From positions 372,001-436,000 of the forward strand of contig NZ_JABEZU010000004.1 of assembly GCF_013149785.1 (NCBI RefSeq): a stretch of DNA of 64,000 nucleotides, given 5' to 3'. Both the position numbers and the translations under genes were made by a program. Below, one piece after another: positions 1 through 7,851 of the stretch. Each line of letters begins with the position of its first letter. The stretch's first letter is position 1. The notes beneath the pieces are model-generated. The model searched no databases. It had not been told where the DNA came from and saw only the letters and a program-made list of their open reading frames with translations. The DNA comes from Isoptericola halotolerans (lineage in GTDB: Bacteria > Actinomycetota > Actinomycetes > Actinomycetales > Cellulomonadaceae).

Positions 1-1046
1 ACCTGCCGCCCGTCGTCGACGGGTCCGATCACGAACTGGCCGTCCCGGGTCCGGTCGTACGGGCAGGCGGCGCCCGTCACGCCCTCGGCGCGCACCCCGG
101 GGAAGGCGACCGGTGCCCGCTCGAGCACCGGCGCCCAGTCCTGCGGAGCGAGCGGCCGCACCTCGCCGTCGGGCGGTAGCGGTGTCGCGGCCTCGACCCC
201 GAGCTTGACGACCGTCGGGTCCGCGCCGGGGAGGACGCCGTGCCCCCACAGCACCCGCCCGTCGTCGAGCTCGCGCATGAAGACCGGCAGGTCGTCGACG
301 CCCAGGCCGGCCGGGTCGTCGACCCGCAGGAACGTCATCGGCATGACGACGGTGCGCCAGCCCGCGGCCTGCACGAGGCCGGGTGCCAGGTCCGGCAGGA
401 GGCCGGCGTTGCCGACGCCGGCGGCGAGCACGAGCACGTCCGCGTCGATCGTCCCGCCGTCGTCCGGCCCGTGCCCGGACCACTCGACCCGGACCCCGCC
501 CGCGCGTCGTTCGGCCCGGCGCACCGTGACGCCGGTGCGGAGCCTGGCGCCGGCGTCGCGCGCCTGCTCGAGGGCCCCGCGGATCACCTGGTCGACGTCG
601 AGGAGCGCGGCCTCCGGCTCGACGACGGCCAGGTGCCCGTCGGGCAGGGTGGCGTGGCCGGGGTACCGGCGTCGGACGTCCGCCGCCTCCAGCACCTCGA
701 CGGGCAGGCCGTGGAGCCTGGCGGCAAGCCGGGCTCCGCTGACCACGGGCCCGTCCGGAGGGCCCAGCAGCATGCCGCCGTCCGAGACTCGCAGGCGACG
801 CCCGGAGCGGTCGGCGAGCCCGCGCCACAGCTCGTCGGAGCGCCGGGCCACCTCGACGAGGTCGGGGTGCTCCAGGCAGGCCGTGCGGAACATCCTCGTC
901 GCCCCTCCGGACGAGCCGAAGCCGTGGGGAGGGGCGTGCCGGTCGAGCCCGACGACGTCGGCCCCGCGCCGCGCGAGGCGCCACGCGACGTGCGCACCCC
1001 AGGCACCGAGCCCGACGACGACCACCCGCACCGGGGCGCGGCTCAC
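1..1046 (-). CDS. FAD-dependent oxidoreductase, monomeric sarcosine oxidase / N-methyltryptophan oxidase family (runs off the left edge)
   Basis: Not in the ORF track because no stop lies in the window. Read from GTG at 1046 (GTGA overlap with upstream stop): MSRAPVRVVVVGLGAWG (GxGxxG), DRHAPPHGFGSSGGATRMFR, and near the edge CPYDRTRDGQFVIG, matching the MSOX/SolA covalent-FAD Cys region. Confidence 0.85.
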   Translation of the reverse strand, partial: MSRAPVRVVVVGLGAWGAHVAWRLARRGADVVGLDRHAPPHGFGSSGGATRMFRTACLEHPDLVEVARRSDELWRGLADRSGRRLRVSDGGMLLGPPDGPVVSGARLAARLHGLPVEVLEAADVRRRYPGHATLPDGHLAVVEPEAALLDVDQVIRGALEQARDAGARLRTGVTVRRAERRAGGVRVEWSGHGPDDGGTIDADVLVLAAGVGNAGLLPDLAPGLVQAAGWRTVVMPMTFLRVDDPAGLGVDDLPVFMRELDDGRVLWGHGVLPGADPTVVKLGVEAATPLPPDGEVRPLAPQDWAPVLERAPVAFPGVRAEGVTGAACPYDRTRDGQFVIGPVDDGRQ

Positions 1047-2146
1047 GCGGGCAGGGCCGGCGCCGCGTCCTGCGCGACGGGTGTCGTCACGGTGGCCCCG
1101 AGCCGAGGCGCGACCTCCTCGACGAGGAGGTCGAGCGCCCGGTGCGCCTTCACCGCGCCCAGGAGGCCGGGGTTGAGGTGCAGGCTGACGGTGACGTCCT
1201 CGCCGAACCACCGGCTGACGCGCCCGAGCTGGTCGGCGACGTCCTGCGGGGTGCCCGCCAGCACCGTGTCGTTGCCGAGGGCGCGGTCGAAGTCGTAGCC
1301 GCGGATCTTGTCGACGAGCTGCTCGTACCCGGCGTAGTCGGCGCTGCGGCGCGTCGACCACGAGGACACCGCGGTGGCCATGTGCTCGATGTAGTTGGCC
1401 TCCCACCGCCGACCGTCGGCGAGGGCGACCTCCCGGTCGTCGCCGAGGTAGCACGTGTACTTGATCTGCACGCGGCCCGGGCCGTGACCGGCCGACTCCC
1501 GCGCCTCGCGGTAGGCGGCGAGCATCTCCTGCAGCTGCGGACGGGGCGTCACGGTAGGCACGACCTGCAGGTGGTAGCCGGCCCGGCCCGCGGCGACGCA
1601 CGAGTCGAGGCTGGTGGTGGAGGCGACGAAGACCGGCGGGTGCGGGGCCTGGTGGGGCCGCGGATAGACTGTCACCGGGTCGAAGGTGGCCCACGGCAGG
1701 TCGGAGGACACGTCCTCCTCGGTCCACAGCCGCACGACGGTCTCGACGTTGCGGGCGAACCGCACGCGGCTCTCGTCCATGGGCACACCGAACGCGTCGA
1801 ACTCGGTGGGCAGGAACGCGCGGCCGAAGCCGACGTCGAGCCGTCCGTGAGAGAGCTGGTCGAGGAGTGCCAGGGACGCGGCGAGCCGGATCGGATGACC
1901 GAACGCGGCGACGACGGCACCGGTCGTCAGCCGGATGCGCTCGGTGCGGGCGGCGATCGCCGTGAGCAGGGTGACGGGGTCGGGGCTGTAGCCCCCGTAC
2001 CCGCTGAGCTGGTGCTCGACGACCTGGACGTGCTCGAGGCCGAGCCGGTCCGCGTGGACCGAGAGCTCCATCACCTCGTCGTAGTAGTCGGCCGGCGTGC
2101 GCAGCGCCGGGTCGAAGACCGGGAAGAAGGTCAGGCCGAACTGCAT
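1043..2146 (-). CDS. LLM-class (luciferase-like) flavin-dependent monooxygenase
   Basis: EHQLSGYGGYSPDP, AARTERIRLTTG, LSHGRLDVGFGRAF motifs. ATG at 2146 follows GGAGG; GTG at 2152 is an alternative start. Confidence 0.9.
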   Translation of the reverse strand: MQFGLTFFPVFDPALRTPADYYDEVMELSVHADRLGLEHVQVVEHQLSGYGGYSPDPVTLLTAIAARTERIRLTTGAVVAAFGHPIRLAASLALLDQLSHGRLDVGFGRAFLPTEFDAFGVPMDESRVRFARNVETVVRLWTEEDVSSDLPWATFDPVTVYPRPHQAPHPPVFVASTTSLDSCVAAGRAGYHLQVVPTVTPRPQLQEMLAAYREARESAGHGPGRVQIKYTCYLGDDREVALADGRRWEANYIEHMATAVSSWSTRRSADYAGYEQLVDKIRGYDFDRALGNDTVLAGTPQDVADQLGRVSRWFGEDVTVSLHLNPGLLGAVKAHRALDLLVEEVAPRLGATVTTPVAQDAAPALPA

Positions 2147-2159
2147 CTCCACCTCCGCC

Positions 2160-2180
2160 TAATGGGAATGATTCTCGTTC
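2160..2180. promoter_or_regulatory. Fur-family (Zur-like) operator
   Basis: TAATGGGAAT-G-ATTCTCGTTC, an AT-rich imperfect 10-1-10 palindrome resembling actinobacterial Zur boxes, between divergent genes. Confidence 0.6.
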
Positions 2181-2217
2181 TACAGTAGAGTACGGTCGAC
2201 CGTCGTCAGGGGAGCCC

Positions 2218-3465
2218 ATGACCATCTCGCAGAGCCACGCCACCGGCCGGCACTACCGCGTCGCGGCACCGCCGCGCGGCAGCGTGCTCGGCCAGGCGGA
2301 GATCGACGCGCTGACCGCGGTGCTGGAGGACGGCGCCAGCCTCAGCGCTGCGAGCCGGCGCGAAGAGTTCGAGGCCGAGCTCGCCGCCCTGGTCGGCTGC
2401 CGGCACGCCCTGACCGTCACCAGCGGCACCGTCGCCCTCGAGATCGCCATCCGCCTGCTCGACCTGCAGGCCGGCGACGAGGTCGTCGTCACGCCGCAGA
2501 CCTTCCAGGCCACCGCCCAGCCGCTGCTCGACTCGCCCGCGACGGTCCGCTTCTGCGACGTCGACCCGGTCACCCTCAACCTCGACCCCGACGTCCTGGC
2601 CGGTCTGCTCACCGAGCGCACCCGCGCGGTGATCCTCGTGCACTACGGCGGCCGACCGGCGGCCATGCCGGCGATCACCGCCCTGGCCCACGCCCACGGT
2701 GCGCTGGTCGTCGAGGACTGCGCGCACGCCCTCGGTGCCTCGACCCCCGAGGGCGCACCCGGCTCGCTGGGTGACATCGGGTGCTTCAGCTTCCACTCCT
2801 CGAAGAACATCACCACCCTCGGCGAAGGTGGTCTCATCACGCTGCACGACGACGCCCTCGCCCACCGGGTGCGCCGCATCCGCGACAACCGCATCGACAT
2901 CCGCCTCAGCGAGACCGACCGGTCGGCGCCCTTCACCGAGCTGCGGCCGTGGCTCATCTACGCCGACGAGCTCGACAACGGCGTCAGCGAGATCCGGCGC
3001 TCCGGCACCAACGCGACGCTCTCCGAGGCAGCCTGCGCGGTCGGGCTGGCCCAGCTCGAGAGGCTGCCGCGGATGATCGCCCGACGCGCCGCGATCGTGG
3101 ACCGGCTCGACGCCGTCGTCGCCGACGTGCCGGGGTTCACCGTCCAGGGACCGACACCCGGCGTCCGCAGCGCGCACCACCTCTACACCGCGTTCTGCGA
3201 GCTCGGCGCGCCGGCGCGCCACCAGGTGCTCACCGACCTCGACCACGCCGGGGTCCAGGTCCAGCTGCGCTACGCACCGCTGCACCTCACCCCCGAGTGG
3301 CAGCTGCGCGGGCACCGCCGCGGCGAGTGCCCCGTCGCCGAGCGCGACTGGGACGAGCGGCACCTCAACCTTCCCTGCCAGCCCACCCTCACCGACGACC
3401 AGGTCGACGTCCTCGCCACCGAGCTCGACCGGGCGCTGCGCGCCGCGTCGTCCCGTTACGCCTGA
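2218..3465 (+). CDS. DegT/DnrJ/EryC1/StrS family PLP-dependent aminotransferase
   Basis: TSGTVAL, VVEDCAHALG, GDIGCFSFHSSKNITTLGEGG (catalytic Lys); GGGAG RBS. Confidence 0.92.
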   Translation: MTISQSHATGRHYRVAAPPRGSVLGQAEIDALTAVLEDGASLSAASRREEFEAELAALVGCRHALTVTSGTVALEIAIRLLDLQAGDEVVVTPQTFQATAQPLLDSPATVRFCDVDPVTLNLDPDVLAGLLTERTRAVILVHYGGRPAAMPAITALAHAHGALVVEDCAHALGASTPEGAPGSLGDIGCFSFHSSKNITTLGEGGLITLHDDALAHRVRRIRDNRIDIRLSETDRSAPFTELRPWLIYADELDNGVSEIRRSGTNATLSEAACAVGLAQLERLPRMIARRAAIVDRLDAVVADVPGFTVQGPTPGVRSAHHLYTAFCELGAPARHQVLTDLDHAGVQVQLRYAPLHLTPEWQLRGHRRGECPVAERDWDERHLNLPCQPTLTDDQVDVLATELDRALRAASSRYA

Positions 3466-3497
3466 CCCCACCACCAGAACGCAGAAGGAGCCCACCC

Positions 3498-3716
3498 GTG
3501 CCATTCATCGAGGTCAAGATCTTCGAGGAGCGCCTCACCCCCGAGACCGAGGCAGCCCTGCTGACCGAGCTGTCGGGGGCCGTGGGGCGGACCCTGGGGC
3601 CCGACGCCGAGGCCAGCACCTGGGTGGTGCTGCACGGCACCCCCGCCCAGCGGTGGGCCGTCGCGGGCGAGGTCCAGGGCCGCGCCGACCGGGACGACGT
3701 CGGGGCACCGGCCTAG
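3498..3716 (+). CDS. 4-oxalocrotonate tautomerase family protein
   Basis: GTG after AAGGAG; MPFIEVKIFEERL gives catalytic Pro-1; TWVVL...WAVAG; 72 aa. C-terminal part of the 2781..3716 ORF. Confidence 0.85.
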   Translation: MPFIEVKIFEERLTPETEAALLTELSGAVGRTLGPDAEASTWVVLHGTPAQRWAVAGEVQGRADRDDVGAPA

Positions 3717-3724
3717 CGTTCGCC

Positions 3725-4234
3725 TCAGGAAGAGGTGAAGTCCTCCGGACGGGTGCGCAGCTTGGCGGCGATCCGGGCCAGCGCCCTCTGCTCGGTGGCC
3801 GTCAGCGGGTCGATGACGTGCTCACGCACGGACCGCAGGTGTGCCGGAGCCGCCTCGACCACCTTCGCGTAGCCCTGGTCCGTGAGCGCCGCGATGGTGC
3901 AGCGACGGTCGTCGGGGTCGGGGTACCGGTACGCCCAGCCGCGGGCCTCGAACCTCTTCAGGACGTTGGAGAGCCGGGGGAGCGACCCGTTGGAGAGGTA
4001 GGCGAGGTCGCTCATGACCAGACGGCGGTCCTCCGCCTCGGACATATGGCTCAGCGTCAGGTACTCGAAGAGGCTCAGGCCGGCCGCGCGCTGCACCGCC
4101 GAGTCCAGGCGACCGGGGAGCAGGAGCATCAGCGAGACGGCTCCGGTCCACGCCTCCTTCTCGCTGGGCGAGAGCCACCGCAGCTCACCGTCGACGGCCT
4201 CGTCGACCTGTTCGTCCTGGGTCGGCTCGGGCAT
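3725..4234 (-). CDS. MarR family transcriptional regulator
   Basis: GLSLFEYLTL, MSDLA...SLPRLSNVLKRFEARGW, DPDDRR...LTDQG; TAGAGT-N6-ATG leaderless layout. Confidence 0.92.
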   Translation of the reverse strand: MPEPTQDEQVDEAVDGELRWLSPSEKEAWTGAVSLMLLLPGRLDSAVQRAAGLSLFEYLTLSHMSEAEDRRLVMSDLAYLSNGSLPRLSNVLKRFEARGWAYRYPDPDDRRCTIAALTDQGYAKVVEAAPAHLRSVREHVIDPLTATEQRALARIAAKLRTRPEDFTSS

Positions 4235-4248
4235 GCCCCGACTCTAGA

Positions 4249-4312
4249 TTACTTTCGGCATGAAGTGAACCGTGGTAGCTTCGTGTTGCCATTCAGTTCA
4301 TGCGTGAAGTAA
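4249..4312. promoter_or_regulatory. Two imperfect ACTTCA-N4-TGAAGT palindromes, probable MarR operators
   Basis: TTACTTTCGGCATGAAGTGA (4249-4268) and TCAGTTCATGCGTGAAGTAA (4293-4312) in the divergent intergenic region. Confidence 0.55.
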
Positions 4313-4328
4313 AGGAAGCGAGCGACCG

Positions 4329-4757
4329 ATGACCGAGCCCCAGTTCTTCGTCACCCCCGGCTACGGTGACATGCTGCGCGAAAAGCTCCACTACCAGCAG
4401 GCCGTGCGGATCGGGGACACCGTCCATCTCTCCGGCCAGGGCGGCTGGGACGACGAGTTCCGCTTCCCCGACGACCTGCGGGACGAGATCGTCCAGGCCT
4501 TCGACAACGTCGAGCGGACCCTGGCATTGGCCGGCGCCACCTGGCGTGACGTCGTCGCCGTCGACAGCTTCCACGTCCCCACGTCGACCGACGAGATCGG
4601 CGACGAGCACACGTCCGTCATGGCCGAGCAGTTCCGGCTCCGGATGGGCGAGCGCGCACCCGTGTGGACCGAGATCGGCGTCGCCGCGCTCGGCGCCGTC
4701 GGGATGCGGGTCGAGATCCGGGTCACCGCCATCGCACCGCCCACCACCGACTCCTGA
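4329..4757 (+). CDS. RidA/YjgF/UK114 (Rid) family protein
   Basis: YQQAVRIGDTVHLSGQGG, QAFDNVERTL, C-terminal MRVEIRVTA. Confidence 0.88.
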   Translation: MTEPQFFVTPGYGDMLREKLHYQQAVRIGDTVHLSGQGGWDDEFRFPDDLRDEIVQAFDNVERTLALAGATWRDVVAVDSFHVPTSTDEIGDEHTSVMAEQFRLRMGERAPVWTEIGVAALGAVGMRVEIRVTAIAPPTTDS

Positions 4758-4782
4758 ACCCCTCACCGACGGAGGTCTCAAG

Positions 4783-5625
4783 ATGCGCATCCTGATCACC
4801 GGGGTCCGCGGCAAGACAGGTTCCGCGCTGGCCGACCGGCTGGCGCCGCGCGACGACGTCGAGCTCCGGGGCGGCAGCAGCGACCCCGCGCTCGTCGACC
4901 ATGACGGCGTCGTCCCGGTCGAGCTCTCGTGGGACCGGCCGGACGGCTGGGCTCGCGCGAACGCCGGGGTGGATGCCGTCTTCGTCGTGGTCCCGCTCCG
5001 CGAAGACGCACCCGGCCTCGTCGCGTCCTTCCTGGCAACCACCCCGGCCTCGGCCCATGTCGTGCTGCTCTCCGAGCGCGACCCCGAGCACTCAGGGTCG
5101 CAGGGCTGGTCGGCGACGGTGGAGCGTGCCGTGCGCGAGAGCGGACGGTCGTGGACCATGCTGCGGCCAGGATGGTTCATGCAGGTCCTCACGGACCCAC
5201 GCTTCGTCGGTGACGAGATCGCCGACGGCCGGTTCCCCTTCCCGCACGCGGACGCCCGCATGGCGTGGATCGACACGCGTGACATCGCCGAGGTCGCCGA
5301 GCTTGCGCTGACCGACCGCGAGCACGCAGGCCAGACCTACGAGCTGTCCGGCCCGGAAGCCGTACCGCCCGCCCGGACGGCGGCGCTCCTCTCGGCCGCG
5401 CTGGGCCGGGACGTCGACTACACCGAGCTCGGGACCGAGGAGTCCCTGGAGGGCCTGAGCGGGTTCGAGCGGGACCTGACCGCCCTGACCTACGAACGGG
5501 TGCGTGCCGGGGACTTCGCCGTCGTCACGGACGCCGTGTCCCACCTGACCAGGCGACCGGCACGCTCCCTGGAACGGTTCGTCGCGGACGCCGCAGCCGC
5601 AGGCGCCTGGTCGAGGACGCCCTGA
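4783..5625 (+). CDS. NmrA-like NAD(P)H-binding protein
   Basis: ATG after GGAGG; MRILITGVRGKTG, WTMLRPGWFMQ, WIDTRDIAEVA, YELSGPEA. Confidence 0.88.
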   Translation: MRILITGVRGKTGSALADRLAPRDDVELRGGSSDPALVDHDGVVPVELSWDRPDGWARANAGVDAVFVVVPLREDAPGLVASFLATTPASAHVVLLSERDPEHSGSQGWSATVERAVRESGRSWTMLRPGWFMQVLTDPRFVGDEIADGRFPFPHADARMAWIDTRDIAEVAELALTDREHAGQTYELSGPEAVPPARTAALLSAALGRDVDYTELGTEESLEGLSGFERDLTALTYERVRAGDFAVVTDAVSHLTRRPARSLERFVADAAAAGAWSRTP

Positions 5626-5646
5626 GGCACCTCTGATCCCTGGTCC

Positions 5647-6018
5647 TCAGACGTCAGCCAGCAGCGCTCTCAGGATCTCGGCGTGCCGGCGCAGGAACCC
5701 ACGCTCGTCGAGCCGCTTGCGGCGCAGCCAGCCGGAGACCTCGCTGTTGAGCTTGCTCGCGTTGCACGACCGGCACGCCGGGACGACGTTCGTCAACGTG
5801 TAGCGCCCGCCGCGGGAGATCGGCAGGACGCAGTCCTTCTGGAGGGCCGTCCCGCTCCCACCGCAGTAGGCGCAGCCGCCCCACGCCGAGACGAGAGCGG
5901 CCCACTGCGCCGCGCTGAGGTCGTTCTCGACCCGACCGAGCCGCCGTTGCCGACGTTTGGCGTAGCGAGCACGCGTCGCGGCCGAGGCGCCGCTGGGGAA
6001 CCTTCGCCGGCCGCTCAC
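5647..6018 (-). CDS. Small HNH endonuclease
   Basis: CAYCG...DCVLPISRGG...NVVPACRSCNASK; TAGCGT-N6-GTG leaderless layout. Confidence 0.88.
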   Translation of the reverse strand: MSGRRRFPSGASAATRARYAKRRQRRLGRVENDLSAAQWAALVSAWGGCAYCGGSGTALQKDCVLPISRGGRYTLTNVVPACRSCNASKLNSEVSGWLRRKRLDERGFLRRHAEILRALLADV

Positions 6019-6103
6019 AGGACGACGCTACCCCGACGACCGCTCCCAGCTCTCGCACCCGCCGGGGCTGTCTCTGCGCAAGCTCATGCCCGCCCCATCG
6101 CGC

Positions 6104-6184
6104 GCCGAGCATGCCCTGACCACCGTCGAACATGCCCTCAGCGCCCGTCCGTCCAACCAGACGGGCCCCCATGGCATGTTCGGC
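6104..6184. repeat. REP-like imperfect hairpin with a duplicated arm
   Basis: GCCGAGCATGCCCTGA and GTCGAACATGCCCTCA direct copies, an inner GCCCGTC/GACGGGC stem, and the inverted arm GGCATGTTCGGC. Confidence 0.45.
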
Positions 6185-6220
6185 CACCACGACGGGGCTG
6201 GTGACGGCTTCCGGGGACGA

Positions 6221-6257
6221 CGAAGCCCCCGACCGGATGAACCGGTCGGGGGCTTCG
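6221..6257 (-). terminator. Intrinsic terminator hairpin downstream of tRNA-Leu
   Basis: CGAAGCCCCCGACCGG-ATGAA-CCGGTCGGGGGCTTCG, perfect 16-bp stem. Confidence 0.75.
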
Positions 6258-6265
6258 CAACCACG

Positions 6266-6349
6266 TGCGCGAGGGGGGAGTTGAACCCCCACGCCCTTTC
6301 GGGCACACGGACCTGAACCGTGCGCGTCTGCCTATTCCGCCACTCGCGC
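6266..6349 (-). tRNA. tRNA-Leu (CAG)
   Basis: GCGCGAGTGGCGGAATAGGCAGACGCGCACGGTTCAGGTCCGTG...GGTTCAACTCCCCCCTCGCGCA; long variable arm; CCA not encoded. Confidence 0.97.
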
Positions 6350-6625
6350 GTGCCGTTGGAGATTAGCACGCACCGGCCCTCGGATCCCAACCCGATCCGC
6401 CCCGGACGGCAGGGACCTGCGTCACACCGCGTACCGGCTCGACCCGCCGTCAGGGGCCCCGACGTGCCGTCACCTGCGCACCGTGACACGGTCGTGACCT
6501 CGGCACGCGGGTCTACCCGAGGGATTCGCACGAAATCCACAGGTTTCCGGGCGCGGGTGGTGCGCCCCTGCCTACGATCTGGATAGTCTGCCCGCGACAG
6601 GCACGGGCGGACGAGGGGAGGTGGC

Positions 6626-7345
6626 ATGGGAGCGCTGGACCGCTTCGAGAAGAGCGTCGAACGGCTGATGAACAACGCGTTCGCCAAGGTCGGGCGCGGC
6701 GGCGAGGTCAAGGCGGTGGAGCTGGCGAGCAGGCTGCGTCGCGAGATCGACGACCGTGCCGCCGTCGTCGGCCACGACCGGACGGTCGCGCCGAACGAGT
6801 TCACCATCGAGCTGAGCCCGAACGACTTCGGTCAGGTGCAGTCGTGGGGCGCGGAGACGCTCGCGGACGAGCTCGCGACCAACCTCACCGAGTACGCGGC
6901 CTCGCAGCACTACGCGTTCGTCGGTCCGGTGAGCGTGACGTTCGAGGAGCACCAGGAGCTCTCGGGCGGCCGGTTCCAGCTGCGTTCGGCCACGGTGCGC
7001 GGCAACGTCGCGCCCGCGACGAACCCGGCGCCGAGCACCCGCCACCCCCTCATCGACATCGACGGGCAGCGCTACCTCCTGACCGGCCCCGTGACGGTCA
7101 TCGGCCGTGACGCCGAGGCCGACATCGTCGTCGACGACCCGGGCGTCTCGCGCCGCCACCTGGAGATCCGCGTCGCGCCCGAGGGCGTCGTCGCGACGGA
7201 CCTCGGGTCCACCAACGGCCTGTTCGTCGAGGGTCACCAGGTCCCGGCCGCGACTCTCCTGGACGGCAACACCATGACCATCGGTCGTACCCGGATCATG
7301 TTCTGGACCGGCACGTCGGCCGGCCGCCCCAACGAGGACTGGTGA
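6626..7345 (+). CDS. fhaA: FhaA (DUF3662 plus FHA domain)
   Basis: MGALDRFEKSVER N-terminus; FHA motifs IGR, VSRRH, DLGSTNG; first gene of the pknB cluster. Confidence 0.92.
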   Translation: MGALDRFEKSVERLMNNAFAKVGRGGEVKAVELASRLRREIDDRAAVVGHDRTVAPNEFTIELSPNDFGQVQSWGAETLADELATNLTEYAASQHYAFVGPVSVTFEEHQELSGGRFQLRSATVRGNVAPATNPAPSTRHPLIDIDGQRYLLTGPVTVIGRDAEADIVVDDPGVSRRHLEIRVAPEGVVATDLGSTNGLFVEGHQVPAATLLDGNTMTIGRTRIMFWTGTSAGRPNEDW

Positions 7346-7355
7346 TCGACCGAGG

Positions 7356-7844
7356 ATGAGCGAGCTGACGTTCACCCTGCTGCGGCTGGGATACCTGGTG
7401 CTGCTCTGGGTGTTCGTGCTCTCGGCGGTCGCGGTCCTGCGCCGCGACCTCGCCCTGCGTTCCCCTCGCTCGCGCAAGCGGTCCGACGACGGCGGCACAC
7501 CTGCCGCTGCACCGGCGGCGGCCGGGAGCGGCTCGCCCGCACCGCGCAGCTCCGGTCCGTCCCGGCTGGTGGTCACCACCGGCCCGCTGGCCGGTACGAC
7601 GCTGCCGCTGTCCACGTCGTCGATCCTCATCGGCCGCGCCCCGAGCTGCACCCTGGTCCTCGACGACGACTACTCGTCGTCCCGCCACGCCCGCATCTTC
7701 CCGCAGGGGGACCAGTGGTACGTCGAGGACCTCGGCTCGACGAACGGCACCTTCATCGGCGACCAGCAGGTCACCTCCCCGATCCACCTCGCACCGGGGG
7801 TCGGCGTGCAGATCGGCCGATCCGTCGTCGAGCTGCAGGGGTGA
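7356..7844 (+). CDS. fhaB: FHA domain protein FhaB/FipA
   Basis: N-terminal TM helix; IGRAP, SSRHARI, EDLGSTNGT. Confidence 0.92.
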   Translation: MSELTFTLLRLGYLVLLWVFVLSAVAVLRRDLALRSPRSRKRSDDGGTPAAAPAAAGSGSPAPRSSGPSRLVVTTGPLAGTTLPLSTSSILIGRAPSCTLVLDDDYSSSRHARIFPQGDQWYVEDLGSTNGTFIGDQQVTSPIHLAPGVGVQIGRSVVELQG

Positions 7845-7851
7845 CGCCCAC

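Noticed and set aside
1..6349. Integrative element at tRNA-Leu
   Set aside because: Accessory-looking genes lie downstream of the tRNA, but no integrase, no duplicated tRNA 3' end and no obvious composition shift is visible in the window.
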